Below are positions 33,905 through 44,385 of a stretch of DNA of 64,000 bases, piece after piece (position 1 is the first letter of the stretch; the number at the start of each line of letters is the position of its first letter). The DNA comes from Alphaproteobacteria bacterium (GTDB lineage Bacteria; Pseudomonadota; Alphaproteobacteria; SP197). The notes under the pieces were generated by a model. The model worked only from the letters and a program-made list of their open reading frames with translations, was not told where the DNA came from and searched no databases. Made by a program: the position numbers and the translations under genes. The DNA lies in the NCBI GenBank assembly GCA_965228895.1, contig OZ245842.1, forward strand, positions 4,832,001 to 4,896,000, in the 5' to 3' direction.

Positions 33905-34824
33905 CCCACACCTGCCAAGGTCAGACTGAACAGGTTCGAAGGGGTCGCGACCATGCGGTAGAACAAGGTCGCGCAGAAGGCCAAAACGATCAGCGCCAAG
34001 AGTGCACGCAGCTCTTCACCACGCAGTTCGGCGCCGACGCGGGTGCCGATCTGCGCGCCGATAACCGCGCCCAACGTCAGGATGCCGGCGAGCACGACGT
34101 CGACCGTCTGGGTGTTCACCGCGTGCAGGAAGGTCGCCGTCGCCGTCACGAAGGTGATCTGGAAAAGCGAGGTGCCGATCACGACGCTGACCGGCATGCC
34201 GAGCAGATAGATCATTGCCGGCACCAGCAGGAAGCCGCCGCCGACACCCAGGATGGCAGCCAGCACGCCAATGAAAAAACCGATGACCACCGGCAGGATC
34301 GCGCTGATGTATAGCCTGGACGAACGGAAGCGCATCTTGAACGGCAGGCCGTGCACCCAGGTGTGGAAATGGGCCTTACGCCGTCCGCCACCGCCACGCC
34401 GCCTGCGCAGGATGGCGCGCCCGGACTCGACAAACATCAGCGTGCCGATCGAGCCGAGCAAAACCACGTAACCGAACGAAATGACGACATCGATCTGGCC
34501 GAGTTCGCGCAACAGACCGAACAGCCAGACACCGAAGGCCGAGCCCACCGTACCGCCGACCAGCAGGACGCCGCCCATCTTGAAGTCGACCTGACCGCGC
34601 CGCCAATGCGCCAGAAATCCGGAGACCGAGGCCGCGACCACCTGGTTGACCTCCGAGCCGACCGCGACCGGCGGCGGCACGCCGATGAAGATCAGCAGCG
34701 GCGTCATCAAGAACCCGCCGCCGACGCCGAACATGCCCGACAGGAAACCGATCATCCCGCCCATGCCAAGCAGCAGGAAAATGTCGACCGACATCTCCGC
34801 GATGGGCAGGTAGATCTGAAACAT
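33901..34824 (-). CDS. Sulfite exporter TauE/SafE family permease
   Basis: QIYLPIAEMSV, GFLSGMFGVGGGFLMTP and GVGGGFLLVPAMIY motifs. Confidence 0.88.
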   Translation of the reverse strand: MFQIYLPIAEMSVDIFLLLGMGGMIGFLSGMFGVGGGFLMTPLLIFIGVPPPVAVGSEVNQVVAASVSGFLAHWRRGQVDFKMGGVLLVGGTVGSAFGVWLFGLLRELGQIDVVISFGYVVLLGSIGTLMFVESGRAILRRRRGGGGRRKAHFHTWVHGLPFKMRFRSSRLYISAILPVVIGFFIGVLAAILGVGGGFLLVPAMIYLLGMPVSVVIGTSLFQITFVTATATFLHAVNTQTVDVVLAGILTLGAVIGAQIGTRVGAELRGEELRALLALIVLAFCATLFYRMVATPSNLFSLTLAGVG

Positions 34825-35039
34825 GACGCGCGCCGAGGCCCCTAAACGAACGATACCCGTTCTGCGCGCCAAGCTACCATGATCGCAAGGAAAATCGTGA
34901 TTCCAAGCCACTGGCACCTGGCTTAGTGCCGGCTTGGTCTCATGCACGACAGATCCCGCGAGATGACCATCGCGCCGGCAATTGGCGCTATCGTCGGCGA
35001 CGACGTCGCGCTCCGATTGCCAGCCTTAAAGGGTAATCG

Positions 35040-36032
35040 TCAGGGGTCGAGGAAACCCATGATCGCCTCGACCTCTTCTTGGATCGGTTCGGCAATGGCG
35101 CGGGCGCGTTCGGCGCCGTCGCGCAGCACCGCATCGACATGACTGGGATCGGCCATCAGCCGCGCCATTTCCTCACCGATCGGCCCCAACACCTCGACGG
35201 CCAGTTCGGTCAGCGCCTTCTTGAAGTCGGAGAACTGGGCACTGGCGAAATCATCGCACACCTGCTGACGCGACTGGCCCGACAGCGCGGCATAGATGTT
35301 CAGGAGATTGGCGGCTTCCGGACGCGCCTCCTGATCGAAGGTCACACCAGGCTCGGAGTCCGTCTTCGCCTTCCTGAACTTCCGCGCGATGGTATCGCGG
35401 TCGTCCGTCAGATTGATGCGCGAGTTATCGGACGGATCCGATTTCGACATCTTGGCGGTGCCGTCCCTCAGCGACATCACCCGCGTCGCCTCGCCCTCGA
35501 TGATCGGTTCGGGCAGCGGGAAGAATTCGACGCCGAAGTTCCGGTTAAACGCGCCGGCAATATCGCGGGAGAGCTCCAGATGTTGCTTTTGATCCTCGCC
35601 GACCGGCACGTGGGTCGCCTTGTAGCCAAGAATGTCGGCGGCCTGCAGCACCGGATAACCGTAGAGCCCGAGACTCGCGTTATCGCGCTTCTTGCCGGCC
35701 TTCTCCTTGAACTGGGTCATGCGGTTGAGCCAGCCAAGCGGCGTCTGACAGCCCAGCATCCAGGCGAGCTGGGAATGCATCCTGACCCGGCTCTGGTTGA
35801 AGATGATGCAGCGCTTGGGGTCGACGCCTGACGCCAGAAAACCGGCCGTCACCTCGCGCGTCGAGGCGGCCAGATCGGCGATATCGTAAGGCATGGTCAC
35901 CGCGTGCAGATCGACGATGCAATAGATGCACTCGTAATCATGCTGCATGGCGACAAACCGGGTCAGCGCACCCAGATAGTTGCCGAGGTGCAGGCTGCCG
36001 GTCGGCTGAATGCCGGAAAACACCCGGTTCAT
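35040..36032 (-). CDS. trpS: Tryptophan--tRNA ligase
   Basis: [31 protein letters not shown] and KMSKS motifs. Confidence 0.98.
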   Translation of the reverse strand: MNRVFSGIQPTGSLHLGNYLGALTRFVAMQHDYECIYCIVDLHAVTMPYDIADLAASTREVTAGFLASGVDPKRCIIFNQSRVRMHSQLAWMLGCQTPLGWLNRMTQFKEKAGKKRDNASLGLYGYPVLQAADILGYKATHVPVGEDQKQHLELSRDIAGAFNRNFGVEFFPLPEPIIEGEATRVMSLRDGTAKMSKSDPSDNSRINLTDDRDTIARKFRKAKTDSEPGVTFDQEARPEAANLLNIYAALSGQSRQQVCDDFASAQFSDFKKALTELAVEVLGPIGEEMARLMADPSHVDAVLRDGAERARAIAEPIQEEVEAIMGFLDP

Positions 36033-36087
36033 ACCGGAAACTCCTCTTGGAAAGGGCTGCGCCTTATGCCGCCTGGGGCAGCAGGGG

Positions 36088-37653
36088 TCAAGCCGACGGG
36101 GTATCGGTAGAACGACGGCGCAACAGGCGCAGGATCTCGCCTAGACGGGCGGCGCCGGTCAGGTGTGCGGTGAGCGCGAAGATGGCGAGACCGCCAATGA
36201 CAAGAACCGCAAGTCCCGGCACCTCGTAGGCGAACCGACCGTCGACCAGTGGCATGCCGAAGGTCAGGCCCAACCACAGGACGGCAGCCATGACGGCGGT
36301 CGCCAGCAACGTACGCGGCAGGCGGCCAAGCAGGCGGGCATCGGGCGCGATCTGGCCACGGCGTTTCAAGACAATGTAAAGCAGGCCGGCATTGACCCAG
36401 GCCGCGATGGCGGTCGCCAGCGCAATGCCGACATGGGCCAAAGGGCCCATCAGGATCAGATTGAAGACAAGGTTGGTGACCAGCGCGACCACCGCGATCT
36501 TGACCGGGGTCTTGGTGTCCTGACGGGCAAAGAAGCCGGGCGTGAAAACCTTGATCAAGACATAGGCCGGCAGACCGAGCGAGAACGCGACCAGCGCCGC
36601 ACCGGTCGCCGCCGTCGCCTCTGCCGTGAACGCGCCGCGCTGGAACAGGACGGCGATGATCGGGTCGGCCAGGATTACGAACGCCACGGCAGCGGGAATG
36701 GTGAAGAAGAGCGCCATCTCGATCGCCCGGTTCTGACTGATCAAAGCGCCGCCCTCGTCACCCGCCTTGAGCTGGCGCGACAGCAGCGGCAGCAACGCGG
36801 TGCCGATTGCGATCCCGACGACACCGAGCGGTAGCTGGTTCAGCCGGTCGGCGTAATAGAGATAGGAGATGGCGCCGGTCGGCAGCAGCGATGCGATGAT
36901 GATATCGACCACCAGGTTGAGTTGCACCGCGCCCGCACCCAACGCCGCCGGCCCGAAAAGCTTGAGCACCTTCTTGACGTCGGCCGTCAGGCGCGGCCAG
37001 GCGATACGCGGCATCAGCCCGGCCCGTTTGACGCCGACCAGCAGCACGATGAGCTGCGCGACGCCGCCGGCCGAGATACCCCAGGCAAGCGTCTCCGCAA
37101 CCTCGGTGCCGCCATGGCGCGCGAGGAGCGCGGCAGCGATCAAGGAAAGATTGAGCAGGATCGGCGCGGCGGCAAAGGCGGCAAACCGCCCCGCCGAGTT
37201 CAACATGCCGCCCAGAAGCGCCACCATCGAGACAAGCAACAAATAGGGAAAGGTGATGCGGGTCAGCTCGATGGCGAGCGCGAACTTTTCGGGCTGATCG
37301 CGGAAGCCTGGCGCCAGCGCGGACATGACCAGCGGCATGGCGATTTCGGCCAGCAGCACGATGACCAGCAGGCAGGCGACCAGCATGGCCAAGGCGTCGG
37401 ATGCCAGCCGGCGCGCGGCTTCGTTGCCTTCGGTCTCCAGCTTGCCGGCAAACATCGGCACGAAGGCGGCGCTGAAGGCGCCCTCGGCGAACAGACGGCG
37501 GAAGAAATTGGGCAGCTTGAACGCAACAAAAAACGCGTCCGCCGCCAGACCGGTGCCCAGAAGCGCGGCAAACAGAACGTCGCGTGCATAGCCGAGCACG
37601 CGGCTGACCATAGTCAGCCCCGAAACCGTCACGAAGGCGCGGGCAAGGTTCAT
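36088..37653 (-). CDS. murJ: Lipid II flippase MurJ (MviN)
   Basis: [29 protein letters not shown] and [12 protein letters not shown] motifs. Confidence 0.96.
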   Translation of the reverse strand: MNLARAFVTVSGLTMVSRVLGYARDVLFAALLGTGLAADAFFVAFKLPNFFRRLFAEGAFSAAFVPMFAGKLETEGNEAARRLASDALAMLVACLLVIVLLAEIAMPLVMSALAPGFRDQPEKFALAIELTRITFPYLLLVSMVALLGGMLNSAGRFAAFAAAPILLNLSLIAAALLARHGGTEVAETLAWGISAGGVAQLIVLLVGVKRAGLMPRIAWPRLTADVKKVLKLFGPAALGAGAVQLNLVVDIIIASLLPTGAISYLYYADRLNQLPLGVVGIAIGTALLPLLSRQLKAGDEGGALISQNRAIEMALFFTIPAAVAFVILADPIIAVLFQRGAFTAEATAATGAALVAFSLGLPAYVLIKVFTPGFFARQDTKTPVKIAVVALVTNLVFNLILMGPLAHVGIALATAIAAWVNAGLLYIVLKRRGQIAPDARLLGRLPRTLLATAVMAAVLWLGLTFGMPLVDGRFAYEVPGLAVLVIGGLAIFALTAHLTGAARLGEILRLLRRRSTDTPSA

Positions 37654-37785
37654 GGCGCGGCAGAAAAGGTCCTTATCTCGACCGAATGATGGCGAACCGG
37701 CCCGCGACAATCCCCCTGCGACCAGCTTGCGACATGTGGTTTCGTAATAGAAACGCTAGCGCATTATCGCTGCGAGTGAAATCGG

Positions 37786-37858
37786 CACCGGCCCACACCC
37801 CCGCCCGGCCACCCCGAGGATGCTGCCATGGGTGGCCGGGCGGGGGTGTGGGCTGGTG
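37786..37858 (+). repeat. Family B long-stem hairpin repeat, copy 3
   Basis: 29-bp stem (one G-T) CACCGGCCCACACCCCCGCCCGGCCACCC with loop CGAGGATGCTGCCAT. Confidence 0.9.
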
Positions 37859-37965
37859 ACGTCAGCTAAACTGATAATGCGCTAGCACGACCGCGCGAAT
37901 CGGTGTAGTGCGCGGTGCCGCCATATGGTCCGGATGCGACAGACTGCGACGGGGGAGACGCAGCC

Positions 37966-40900
37966 ATGCCTCATCATGCATTTAAGCGCCTGCTGATCGC
38001 CAATCGCGGTGAAATCGCGATCCGCGTGATGCGTGCCGCCAACGAGTTGGGCATCGCGACCGCCGCCGTCTATGCCCAGGAAGACCGGCTCGCGCTCCAC
38101 CGCTTCAAGGCCGACGCCAGCTATTTGATCGGCGAAGAGTTGGGTCCGGTGCGCGCCTATCTCTCGATCGAGGAGATGCTGCGCGTCGCGCGCGAGGCAC
38201 GGGTCGACGCGGTCCACCCGGGCTACGGTTTCTTGTCCGAGAATCCCGACTTCGCCGAGGCCTGCGCGGCCGAGGGCCTGGTCTTCATTGGGCCGGAACC
38301 TGAGACCATGCGCTTGCTGGGCAACAAAGTCAGCGCCCGCGAAGCCGCCCAAAAGGCTGATGTCCCGGTCGTGCCGGCGACAGGGCCGCTGCCCGATGAT
38401 CTGGATCAGGCGCTGGCCGAGGTCGAAGCGGTCGGCTTTCCGGTCATGCTCAAGGCCAGCTGGGGCGGCGGCGGACGCGGCATGCGCGCGGTCCACGACG
38501 CGGCCAACCTGGGCGACGAACTGCTGGCGGCTAAGCGCGAGGCCGAAGCGGCTTTCGGCAACGGCGAGGTCTATGCCGAAAAACTCATCTCCCGCGCCCG
38601 CCATGTCGAGGTTCAACTTCTGGGCGACAGCCACGGCAACATCGTTCATCTGTTCGAACGCGATTGCTCGGTGCAGCGGCGCAACCAGAAGATCGTCGAA
38701 CGCGCGCCGGCACCCTATTTCGACGATCGCCAGCGTGACGCGCTGTGCCAGGCAGCGCTCAGACTGGGGCGGCATGCCGGTTACGCCAACGCCGGCACGG
38801 TCGAGTTCCTGCTCGATGCCGACACCAACGACTTCTACTTCATCGAGGTCAACCCGCGCGTTCAGGTCGAACACACGGTGACCGAAGAGGTCACCGGCAT
38901 CGATATCGTCAAGGCGCAGATCCGGATCGCCCAGGGGGCGACCATCGGTACGCCGGAGTCAGGCGTGCCGGCACAGGACGACATCCACCTGAATGGCCAT
39001 GCGCTGCAGTGCCGGATCACGACCGAGGACCCCGAAGCCAACTTCATTCCCGATTACGGCCGCATCACCGCCTATCGCGGCGCGACCGGTTTCGGCATCC
39101 GCCTTGACGGCGGCACCGCCTATTCCGGCGCGGTGATCACACGCTACTACGACAGCCTTCTGGAAAAGGTCACGGCCTGGGCGCCGACGGCGGACGAAGC
39201 CATCGCACGCATGGACCGGGCGCTTCGTGAGTTCCGTATCCGTGGCGTCGCGACCAACTTGGCGTTTGTCGAGAACCTGATCAACCATCCGTCGTTCCGC
39301 GACAACAGCTACACCACGCGCTTCATCGACACGACGCCGGAGCTCTTCCACTTCGTGCGCCGGCGCGACCGGGCGACCAAGCTGCTGCGCTTCATCGCCG
39401 ACGTCACGGTGAACGGCAACCCGGAGGTGGCGAACCGTCCTCTGCCGGTCGCGGGACCAGCGCCCAAGTTACCCAAATCCGACAAGAGCGAGCCGCCGGC
39501 GGGCAGCCGGCAGCGGCTTGACCAACACGGGCCCAAGGCATTCGCCGACTGGATGCTCGAACAGAAAAACGTGCTGGTGACCGACACCACCATGCGCGAC
39601 GCCCATCAGTCGCTGATCGCAACCCGCATGCGCAGCTATGACATGGCGTATGTCGCCGGCGCCTATGCGCGCGAGTTCCCCGACCTGCTGAGCCTGGAAT
39701 GCTGGGGCGGCGCGACATTCGATGTCGCCATGCGGTTTTTGGACGAATGCCCGTGGGACCGGCTTGCTGCGCTGCGCGAGGCGATCCCGAACATCTGCTT
39801 CCAGATGCTGCTGCGCGGCGCCAACGGTGTCGGCTATACCAATTACCCCGACAACGTCGTCACCCACTTTGTCGCCCAGGCGGCAACGTCAGGCGTCGAC
39901 ATCTTCCGCGTCTTCGACAGTCTTAACTGGGTTGAGAACATGCGCGTCTCGATGGACGCGGTGCTGGAGAGCGGCAAGCTGTTGGAAGCAGCGCTTTGCT
40001 ACACCGGCGACATGCTGGATCCCGCCAGAAACAGCACCTATGACCTCAAGTACTACGTCAAGCTGGCGCGCGACCTGGCCGATGCGGGCACCCATGTGCT
40101 GGGCATCAAGGACATGGCCGGCGTGGTCAAGCCGGAAGCCGCGCGGATCCTTGTGAAGGCGCTGAAGGAAGAGACCGGCCTGCCGGTCCACTTCCACACC
40201 CACGACACCAGCGGCGTCGCTGCGGCCAGCGTCTTGGCCGCCGTTGATGCCGGGGTCGACGCCATTGACCTGGCGATGGATTCCTGGTCGGGCCTGACCA
40301 GTCAGCCCAATCTGGGATCGGTCGTCGCGGCGCTGCGTCACGGCGAGCGCGATCCCGGCCTTGACCCCGCGACCATTCGCGCCTTCTCCGACTACTGGGA
40401 GGCTGTCCGGCGCGACTACCGCGCGTTCGAGAGCGATCTGAGGTTCGGCGCGTCGGAGGTCTACCTGCACGAGATGCCGGGCGGCCAGTTCACCAATTTA
40501 AAGGAGCAGGCGCGCTCGCTGGGCCTGGAGGCGCGCTGGCATGACGTCGCGCGCGCCTATGCGGAGGTGAACCTGATGTTCGGCGATATCGTCAAGGTGA
40601 CACCAACGTCGAAGGTCGTCGGCGACATGGCGCTCGCCATGGTGAGCGCCGGCTGGACGCGCGAGGAGATCGAAGACCCCGACCACGACATCGCGTTTCC
40701 GGAATCGGTGGTGCAGCTCTTCCGCGGCGATATCGGCCAGCCGCCCAACGGTTTTCCCGAGGCGCTTCAGAAGAAGATCCTGAAGGGCGCCGAACCGTTG
40801 ACCACACGACCCGGCGCCGTCCTGCCGCCGGCCGATCTGGATGCCGAACGCGCGGACGCCGAGCACAAGGTCGAACGCCAGTTAAGCGACGAAGAGTTCT

Positions 40901-41424
40901 GCTCCTACCTCATGTACCCGCGTGTCTTCACCGACTACGCGGCACGCCGGCGTGACCATGGCCCGGTCCACGTGCTGCCGACACCAATCTTTCTTTACGG
41001 CATGACACCCGGCCAGGAGATTGCCGTCGACATCGAGCACGGCAAGACGCTTGTTATCCGGTTCCAAACGGTTGGCGAAACCGACGACGAGGGCAACGTC
41101 CGTGTGTTCTTCGAACTGAACGGCCAGCCACGCATCGTGCGCGTTGCCAACCGTGCCGTTGCCGATACGGTCGTGCGCCACAAGAAGGCCGAAGACGGCA
41201 ATCCCGACCACGTACCCGCGCCGATGCCCGGCATGGTCGCCTCGGTCGCCGTGAAAGCAGGCCAGCAGGTGGCGTCGGGCGACCTGTTGCTGACCATCGA
41301 GGCCATGAAGATGGAGACTGCGATCCACGCCCAGCGCGACGGCGTCATTGGCGAGGTCACCGCGCCGGTCGGCACCCAGGTCGACGCCAAGGATCTGCTG
41401 GTCGCTTATCGGTCGAACGGTTAG
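37966..41424 (+). CDS. pyc: Pyruvate carboxylase
   Basis: IANRGEIAIR biotin carboxylase, RDAHQSL / WGGATFDV carboxyltransferase and EAMKME biotin-attachment motifs. Confidence 0.97.
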   Translation: MPHHAFKRLLIANRGEIAIRVMRAANELGIATAAVYAQEDRLALHRFKADASYLIGEELGPVRAYLSIEEMLRVAREARVDAVHPGYGFLSENPDFAEACAAEGLVFIGPEPETMRLLGNKVSAREAAQKADVPVVPATGPLPDDLDQALAEVEAVGFPVMLKASWGGGGRGMRAVHDAANLGDELLAAKREAEAAFGNGEVYAEKLISRARHVEVQLLGDSHGNIVHLFERDCSVQRRNQKIVERAPAPYFDDRQRDALCQAALRLGRHAGYANAGTVEFLLDADTNDFYFIEVNPRVQVEHTVTEEVTGIDIVKAQIRIAQGATIGTPESGVPAQDDIHLNGHALQCRITTEDPEANFIPDYGRITAYRGATGFGIRLDGGTAYSGAVITRYYDSLLEKVTAWAPTADEAIARMDRALREFRIRGVATNLAFVENLINHPSFRDNSYTTRFIDTTPELFHFVRRRDRATKLLRFIADVTVNGNPEVANRPLPVAGPAPKLPKSDKSEPPAGSRQRLDQHGPKAFADWMLEQKNVLVTDTTMRDAHQSLIATRMRSYDMAYVAGAYAREFPDLLSLECWGGATFDVAMRFLDECPWDRLAALREAIPNICFQMLLRGANGVGYTNYPDNVVTHFVAQAATSGVDIFRVFDSLNWVENMRVSMDAVLESGKLLEAALCYTGDMLDPARNSTYDLKYYVKLARDLADAGTHVLGIKDMAGVVKPEAARILVKALKEETGLPVHFHTHDTSGVAAASVLAAVDAGVDAIDLAMDSWSGLTSQPNLGSVVAALRHGERDPGLDPATIRAFSDYWEAVRRDYRAFESDLRFGASEVYLHEMPGGQFTNLKEQARSLGLEARWHDVARAYAEVNLMFGDIVKVTPTSKVVGDMALAMVSAGWTREEIEDPDHDIAFPESVVQLFRGDIGQPPNGFPEALQKKILKGAEPLTTRPGAVLPPADLDAERADAEHKVERQLSDEEFCSYLMYPRVFTDYAARRRDHGPVHVLPTPIFLYGMTPGQEIAVDIEHGKTLVIRFQTVGETDDEGNVRVFFELNGQPRIVRVANRAVADTVVRHKKAEDGNPDHVPAPMPGMVASVAVKAGQQVASGDLLLTIEAMKMETAIHAQRDGVIGEVTAPVGTQVDAKDLLVAYRSNG

Positions 41425-41505
41425 ACCTGACAGCGATCACGAGACTCGATCCCATCCCTTCGTCGCTAACGGCTGCTTAAGAGGGCCTCGGATGCACATG
41501 GACAA

Positions 41506-42069
41506 CTACTGTCCGTGGGTATCGAGAAGTCTTAATGCAGCCGCCTTCGCATCCTGCGCGGGATTGTCGGTATGGCCCAAATGAGCGGTCACAATCGCAC
41601 CTTCCTTCAAGAGCAGCAGTTGTCGCGCGAGGGCGCTGGGATTCGCTAGCCCTGCTTTCTCGGCCAGATCGGTCATGTGCCTTTCAAGCATGCGCTTGTG
41701 GTCGGCGGACTGCTGGTGAATGGGATGGCTGGCATCCTGATACTCAGATGATGCCTTGATGAACATGCAGCCTCTGTAGCCACTCTCTTCGAACCATTCC
41801 TCAAGGGCGTCGAACATGGCGATTAGTTGCTGTTCGGGCGAGTCGGCCAGCTCTTCCATGCGGCGATAGAGCCAGTTCCGGAAATGCTCATCGCGCAGGC
41901 GCAGCACGGCAAGGATCAGGTCCTCCTTGGTGCGAAAGTGTTTGTACATCGACGTTTTCGAGATGCCGGTTTCGGCAACCAGCATGTCCATGCCGGTCGC
42001 GTGAAAGCCGTTTCGATAAAACGCCTTGAGCGCTTTCTGAACCAGTTCGTCTCTTTTCGTCGGTCGCAT
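41506..42069 (-). CDS. TetR/AcrR family regulator
   Basis: FYRNGFHATGMD...ISKTSMYKHFRTKEDLI HTH; GCMF motif in the ligand domain. Confidence 0.93.
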   Translation of the reverse strand: MRPTKRDELVQKALKAFYRNGFHATGMDMLVAETGISKTSMYKHFRTKEDLILAVLRLRDEHFRNWLYRRMEELADSPEQQLIAMFDALEEWFEESGYRGCMFIKASSEYQDASHPIHQQSADHKRMLERHMTDLAEKAGLANPSALARQLLLLKEGAIVTAHLGHTDNPAQDAKAAALRLLDTHGQ

Positions 42070-42083
42070 ATCGATCCATTTCA

Positions 42084-42099
42084 GTTACAGATCTGTACA
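42084..42099. promoter_or_regulatory. Putative TetR operator 1
   Basis: GTTACAGATCTGTACA, matching palindrome TGTACnGATCnGTACA; about 15 bp upstream of the tetR start. Confidence 0.75.
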
Positions 42100-42214
42100 T
42101 AATTCAACCCTCATTCACCGGCAAGACACAAAATATTTTGTGAGTTCTATCAATAATTTAGAGACAACATGACCCCCAACCGAACGAAATCGTGCGAATT
42201 CAGGCTTGACAATA

Positions 42215-42262
42215 TGAACTGATCGGTACAGTTTCAGCCTATAGAGTGTACCGATCAGTAAC
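42215..42262. promoter_or_regulatory. Putative TetR operators 2 and 3, just downstream of TTGACA (42206-42211)
   Basis: TGAACTGATCGGTACA (42215-42230) and TGTACCGATCAGTAAC (42247-42262). Confidence 0.75.
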
Positions 42263-42313
42263 CTTTGTTCCTTTCATCACAGCGCGCCGCGCTCAGCAAG
42301 ACTGGAGATCGCC

Positions 42314-43171
42314 ATGAAGACCAAGCAACACACCACCACACGCGAGAACAGCAACGACGACGTCGATCAGACCCGCCGTCAGGTTCTGACCGGTGCGGCG
42401 ACAGCCGCCGTTGCCGGCGCGGCAGCCGTCGGTGTCGGCAAAGAGGTTCTGGCCGCGACCGACGAAGCCAAAGCCGCCTACGCCGATCCGGCGGAACCTG
42501 CCCTGCCCAACATCGATATGGAGATCGTCCCCGGCCGCACGGCCCTGGTCGCCGTCGATCCGCAGATCGATTTCCTCGACGAGGGCGGTGTAGCCTGGGG
42601 TGTGGTTGGCGAAAGCGTCAGCGAGCAGGGTGTCGTCGACAACCTGGAGCGCCTGTTCATCGCCGCGAAGGCCGCCAACATGCCGGTCGTCGTCTCACCG
42701 CACTACTACTACCCCCAGGATCACAAGTGGAAGTTCGAGGGAACGCTCGAACGTGTCATGCACGGCATCGGCATGTTCGACCGCAAAGATCCGCTCAACC
42801 TCGATGGTTTCGAAGGGTCCGGCGCGGACTGGATGCCGCAGTACAAGAAGTACATCGACGATGGCGAGACCATCGTGTGCTCCCCGCACAAAGTCTACGG
42901 CCCGGAGCAGAACGATCTCGTTCTCCAGCTGCGCAAGGTCGGCATCGACAAAGTGATTCTGGCCGGCATGTCGGCGAACCTCTGCGTCGAAAGCCACATG
43001 CGCGAACTGTTGGAGACGGGTTTTGAGGTCGCCGTCGTGCGCGACGCGACAGCAGGCGCAAAGGTGCCCGAAGGCGACGGCTATCTCGCGGCCCTCATCA
43101 ACTTCCGCATGATCGCCAACGCGGTCTGGTGGACCGACGAGGCCGTTCAGCGAATTTCGCTGGCCGCCTAA
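42314..43171 (+). CDS. Isochorismatase-family cysteine hydrolase with twin-arginine signal peptide
   Basis: TRRQVL plus Ala/Val h-region; [12 protein letters not shown] (Asp), SPHKVYG (Lys) and [12 protein letters not shown] (Cys) triad. Confidence 0.88.
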   Translation: MKTKQHTTTRENSNDDVDQTRRQVLTGAATAAVAGAAAVGVGKEVLAATDEAKAAYADPAEPALPNIDMEIVPGRTALVAVDPQIDFLDEGGVAWGVVGESVSEQGVVDNLERLFIAAKAANMPVVVSPHYYYPQDHKWKFEGTLERVMHGIGMFDRKDPLNLDGFEGSGADWMPQYKKYIDDGETIVCSPHKVYGPEQNDLVLQLRKVGIDKVILAGMSANLCVESHMRELLETGFEVAVVRDATAGAKVPEGDGYLAALINFRMIANAVWWTDEAVQRISLAA

Positions 43172-43295
43172 GTCCCCGATTACCCCAAGCGCCGTTCGAC
43201 CCTCCCTCCCTCGGCGCACACGTCTCCGGCCATCCGCGTTCCCCCGCCGGATGGCCGGAGCCCCCACCAGCCGAACGAATGCACGGAACAGAACA

Positions 43296-43760
43296 ATGAC
43301 CCGTCCACCCCTACCTCCCTTCACCGAAGACACCGCGGCTCAAAAAGTCCGCGCCGCGGAGGATGGTTGGAACTCGCGCGATCCCGCCAAGGTCGCGCTC
43401 GCCTACACGCCGGACAGCCAGTGGCGGAACCGGTCGGAGTTCATTCACGGACGCGCGGAGATCGAGGCCTTTCTCACCCGCAAATGGAACCAGGAGCACG
43501 AATATCGACTCATCAAGGAACTGTGGTCGTTCAGCGAGAACCGCATCGCCGTGCGCTTCGCCTACGAGTGGCACGACGCGGCAGGCAACTGGTTCCGCTC
43601 CTACGGCAACGAGAACTGGGAGTTTGCAGACGACGGTCTGATGCAGCGCCGCCTTGCCAGCATCAACGACCTCGCCATCGATGATTCCGACCGACTGTTC
43701 CGTTGGCCGCAAGGACGCCGGCCGGACAACCATCCCGGCCTGTCCGACCTCGGTCTCTGA
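43296..43760 (+). CDS. DUF1348 (SnoaL/NTF2-like) protein
   Basis: RPPLPPFT...[22 protein letters not shown] and [10 protein letters not shown] motifs. Confidence 0.9.
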   Translation: MTRPPLPPFTEDTAAQKVRAAEDGWNSRDPAKVALAYTPDSQWRNRSEFIHGRAEIEAFLTRKWNQEHEYRLIKELWSFSENRIAVRFAYEWHDAAGNWFRSYGNENWEFADDGLMQRRLASINDLAIDDSDRLFRWPQGRRPDNHPGLSDLGL

Positions 43761-43881
43761 CATGACGCGCCAACAGCGCACCAACACCGCCGACGCCCGG
43801 CGGCTTCCCCCGCTGGCCGGATGGCACGCGGACGTTCCCCAACCCGCCCAACAGGGCGACAACCGAAGAAGGACGATTGAG

Positions 43882-44385
43882 ATGAAAACCATGAAAACCC
43901 TGATAGCCGCCATGACGCTCATCGGCGCCGTCTCAGCAGGTTCGGCGGCGTTCGCCGTCGACGAGTACAATGTGTCGACCGGCACGACCGTCAGCGGCCT
44001 CGGCGTCGCGCTGCGTGGCGATGACGCCGTCGCCCTTGCCACCGGCATGGAGGTGACGCCCGGACATGCGGAGTTCACCGTCGAGCACGACGGCGTCGCC
44101 TATTACTTCGCGTCCGAGGAAACGATGGCGCAGTTCGCCGCCGACCCCGCGCGGTACATGCCGAAGTATGGCGGCTTCTGCGCCTTTGGCGTCGCCATCG
44201 GCATGAAGCTCGACGCCAGCAATCGATTCGCGGACATCGTCGACGGCAAGCTCTATGTGTTTCTGAATGCCGCCGCCTTCGGGAAGTACGAGGAAGACAA
44301 AACCGGCACGCTCGCGAAGGCCGAGGAGAACTGGCCGTCGATTCACCACCTCGCGGTGGCGGATGTCAACGCTCGTGGCAGCTGA
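43882..44385 (+). CDS. Exported YHS-domain protein
   Basis: Sec signal MKTMKTLIAAMTLIGAVSAGSAAFA; YYFASEE...FAADPARYMPKYGGFCAFG and IVDGKLY motifs. Confidence 0.85.
   Translation: MKTMKTLIAAMTLIGAVSAGSAAFAVDEYNVSTGTTVSGLGVALRGDDAVALATGMEVTPGHAEFTVEHDGVAYYFASEETMAQFAADPARYMPKYGGFCAFGVAIGMKLDASNRFADIVDGKLYVFLNAAAFGKYEEDKTGTLAKAEENWPSIHHLAVADVNARGS

Noticed and set aside
30377-37858. Palindromic repeats as a CRISPR array or integron attC sites
   Set aside because: Copies are dispersed, with no regular spacers, cas genes, integrase or cassette layout.
43882-44385. YHS protein as a selenoprotein
   Set aside because: The GGFCAFG position is TGC (Cys); no in-frame TGA.
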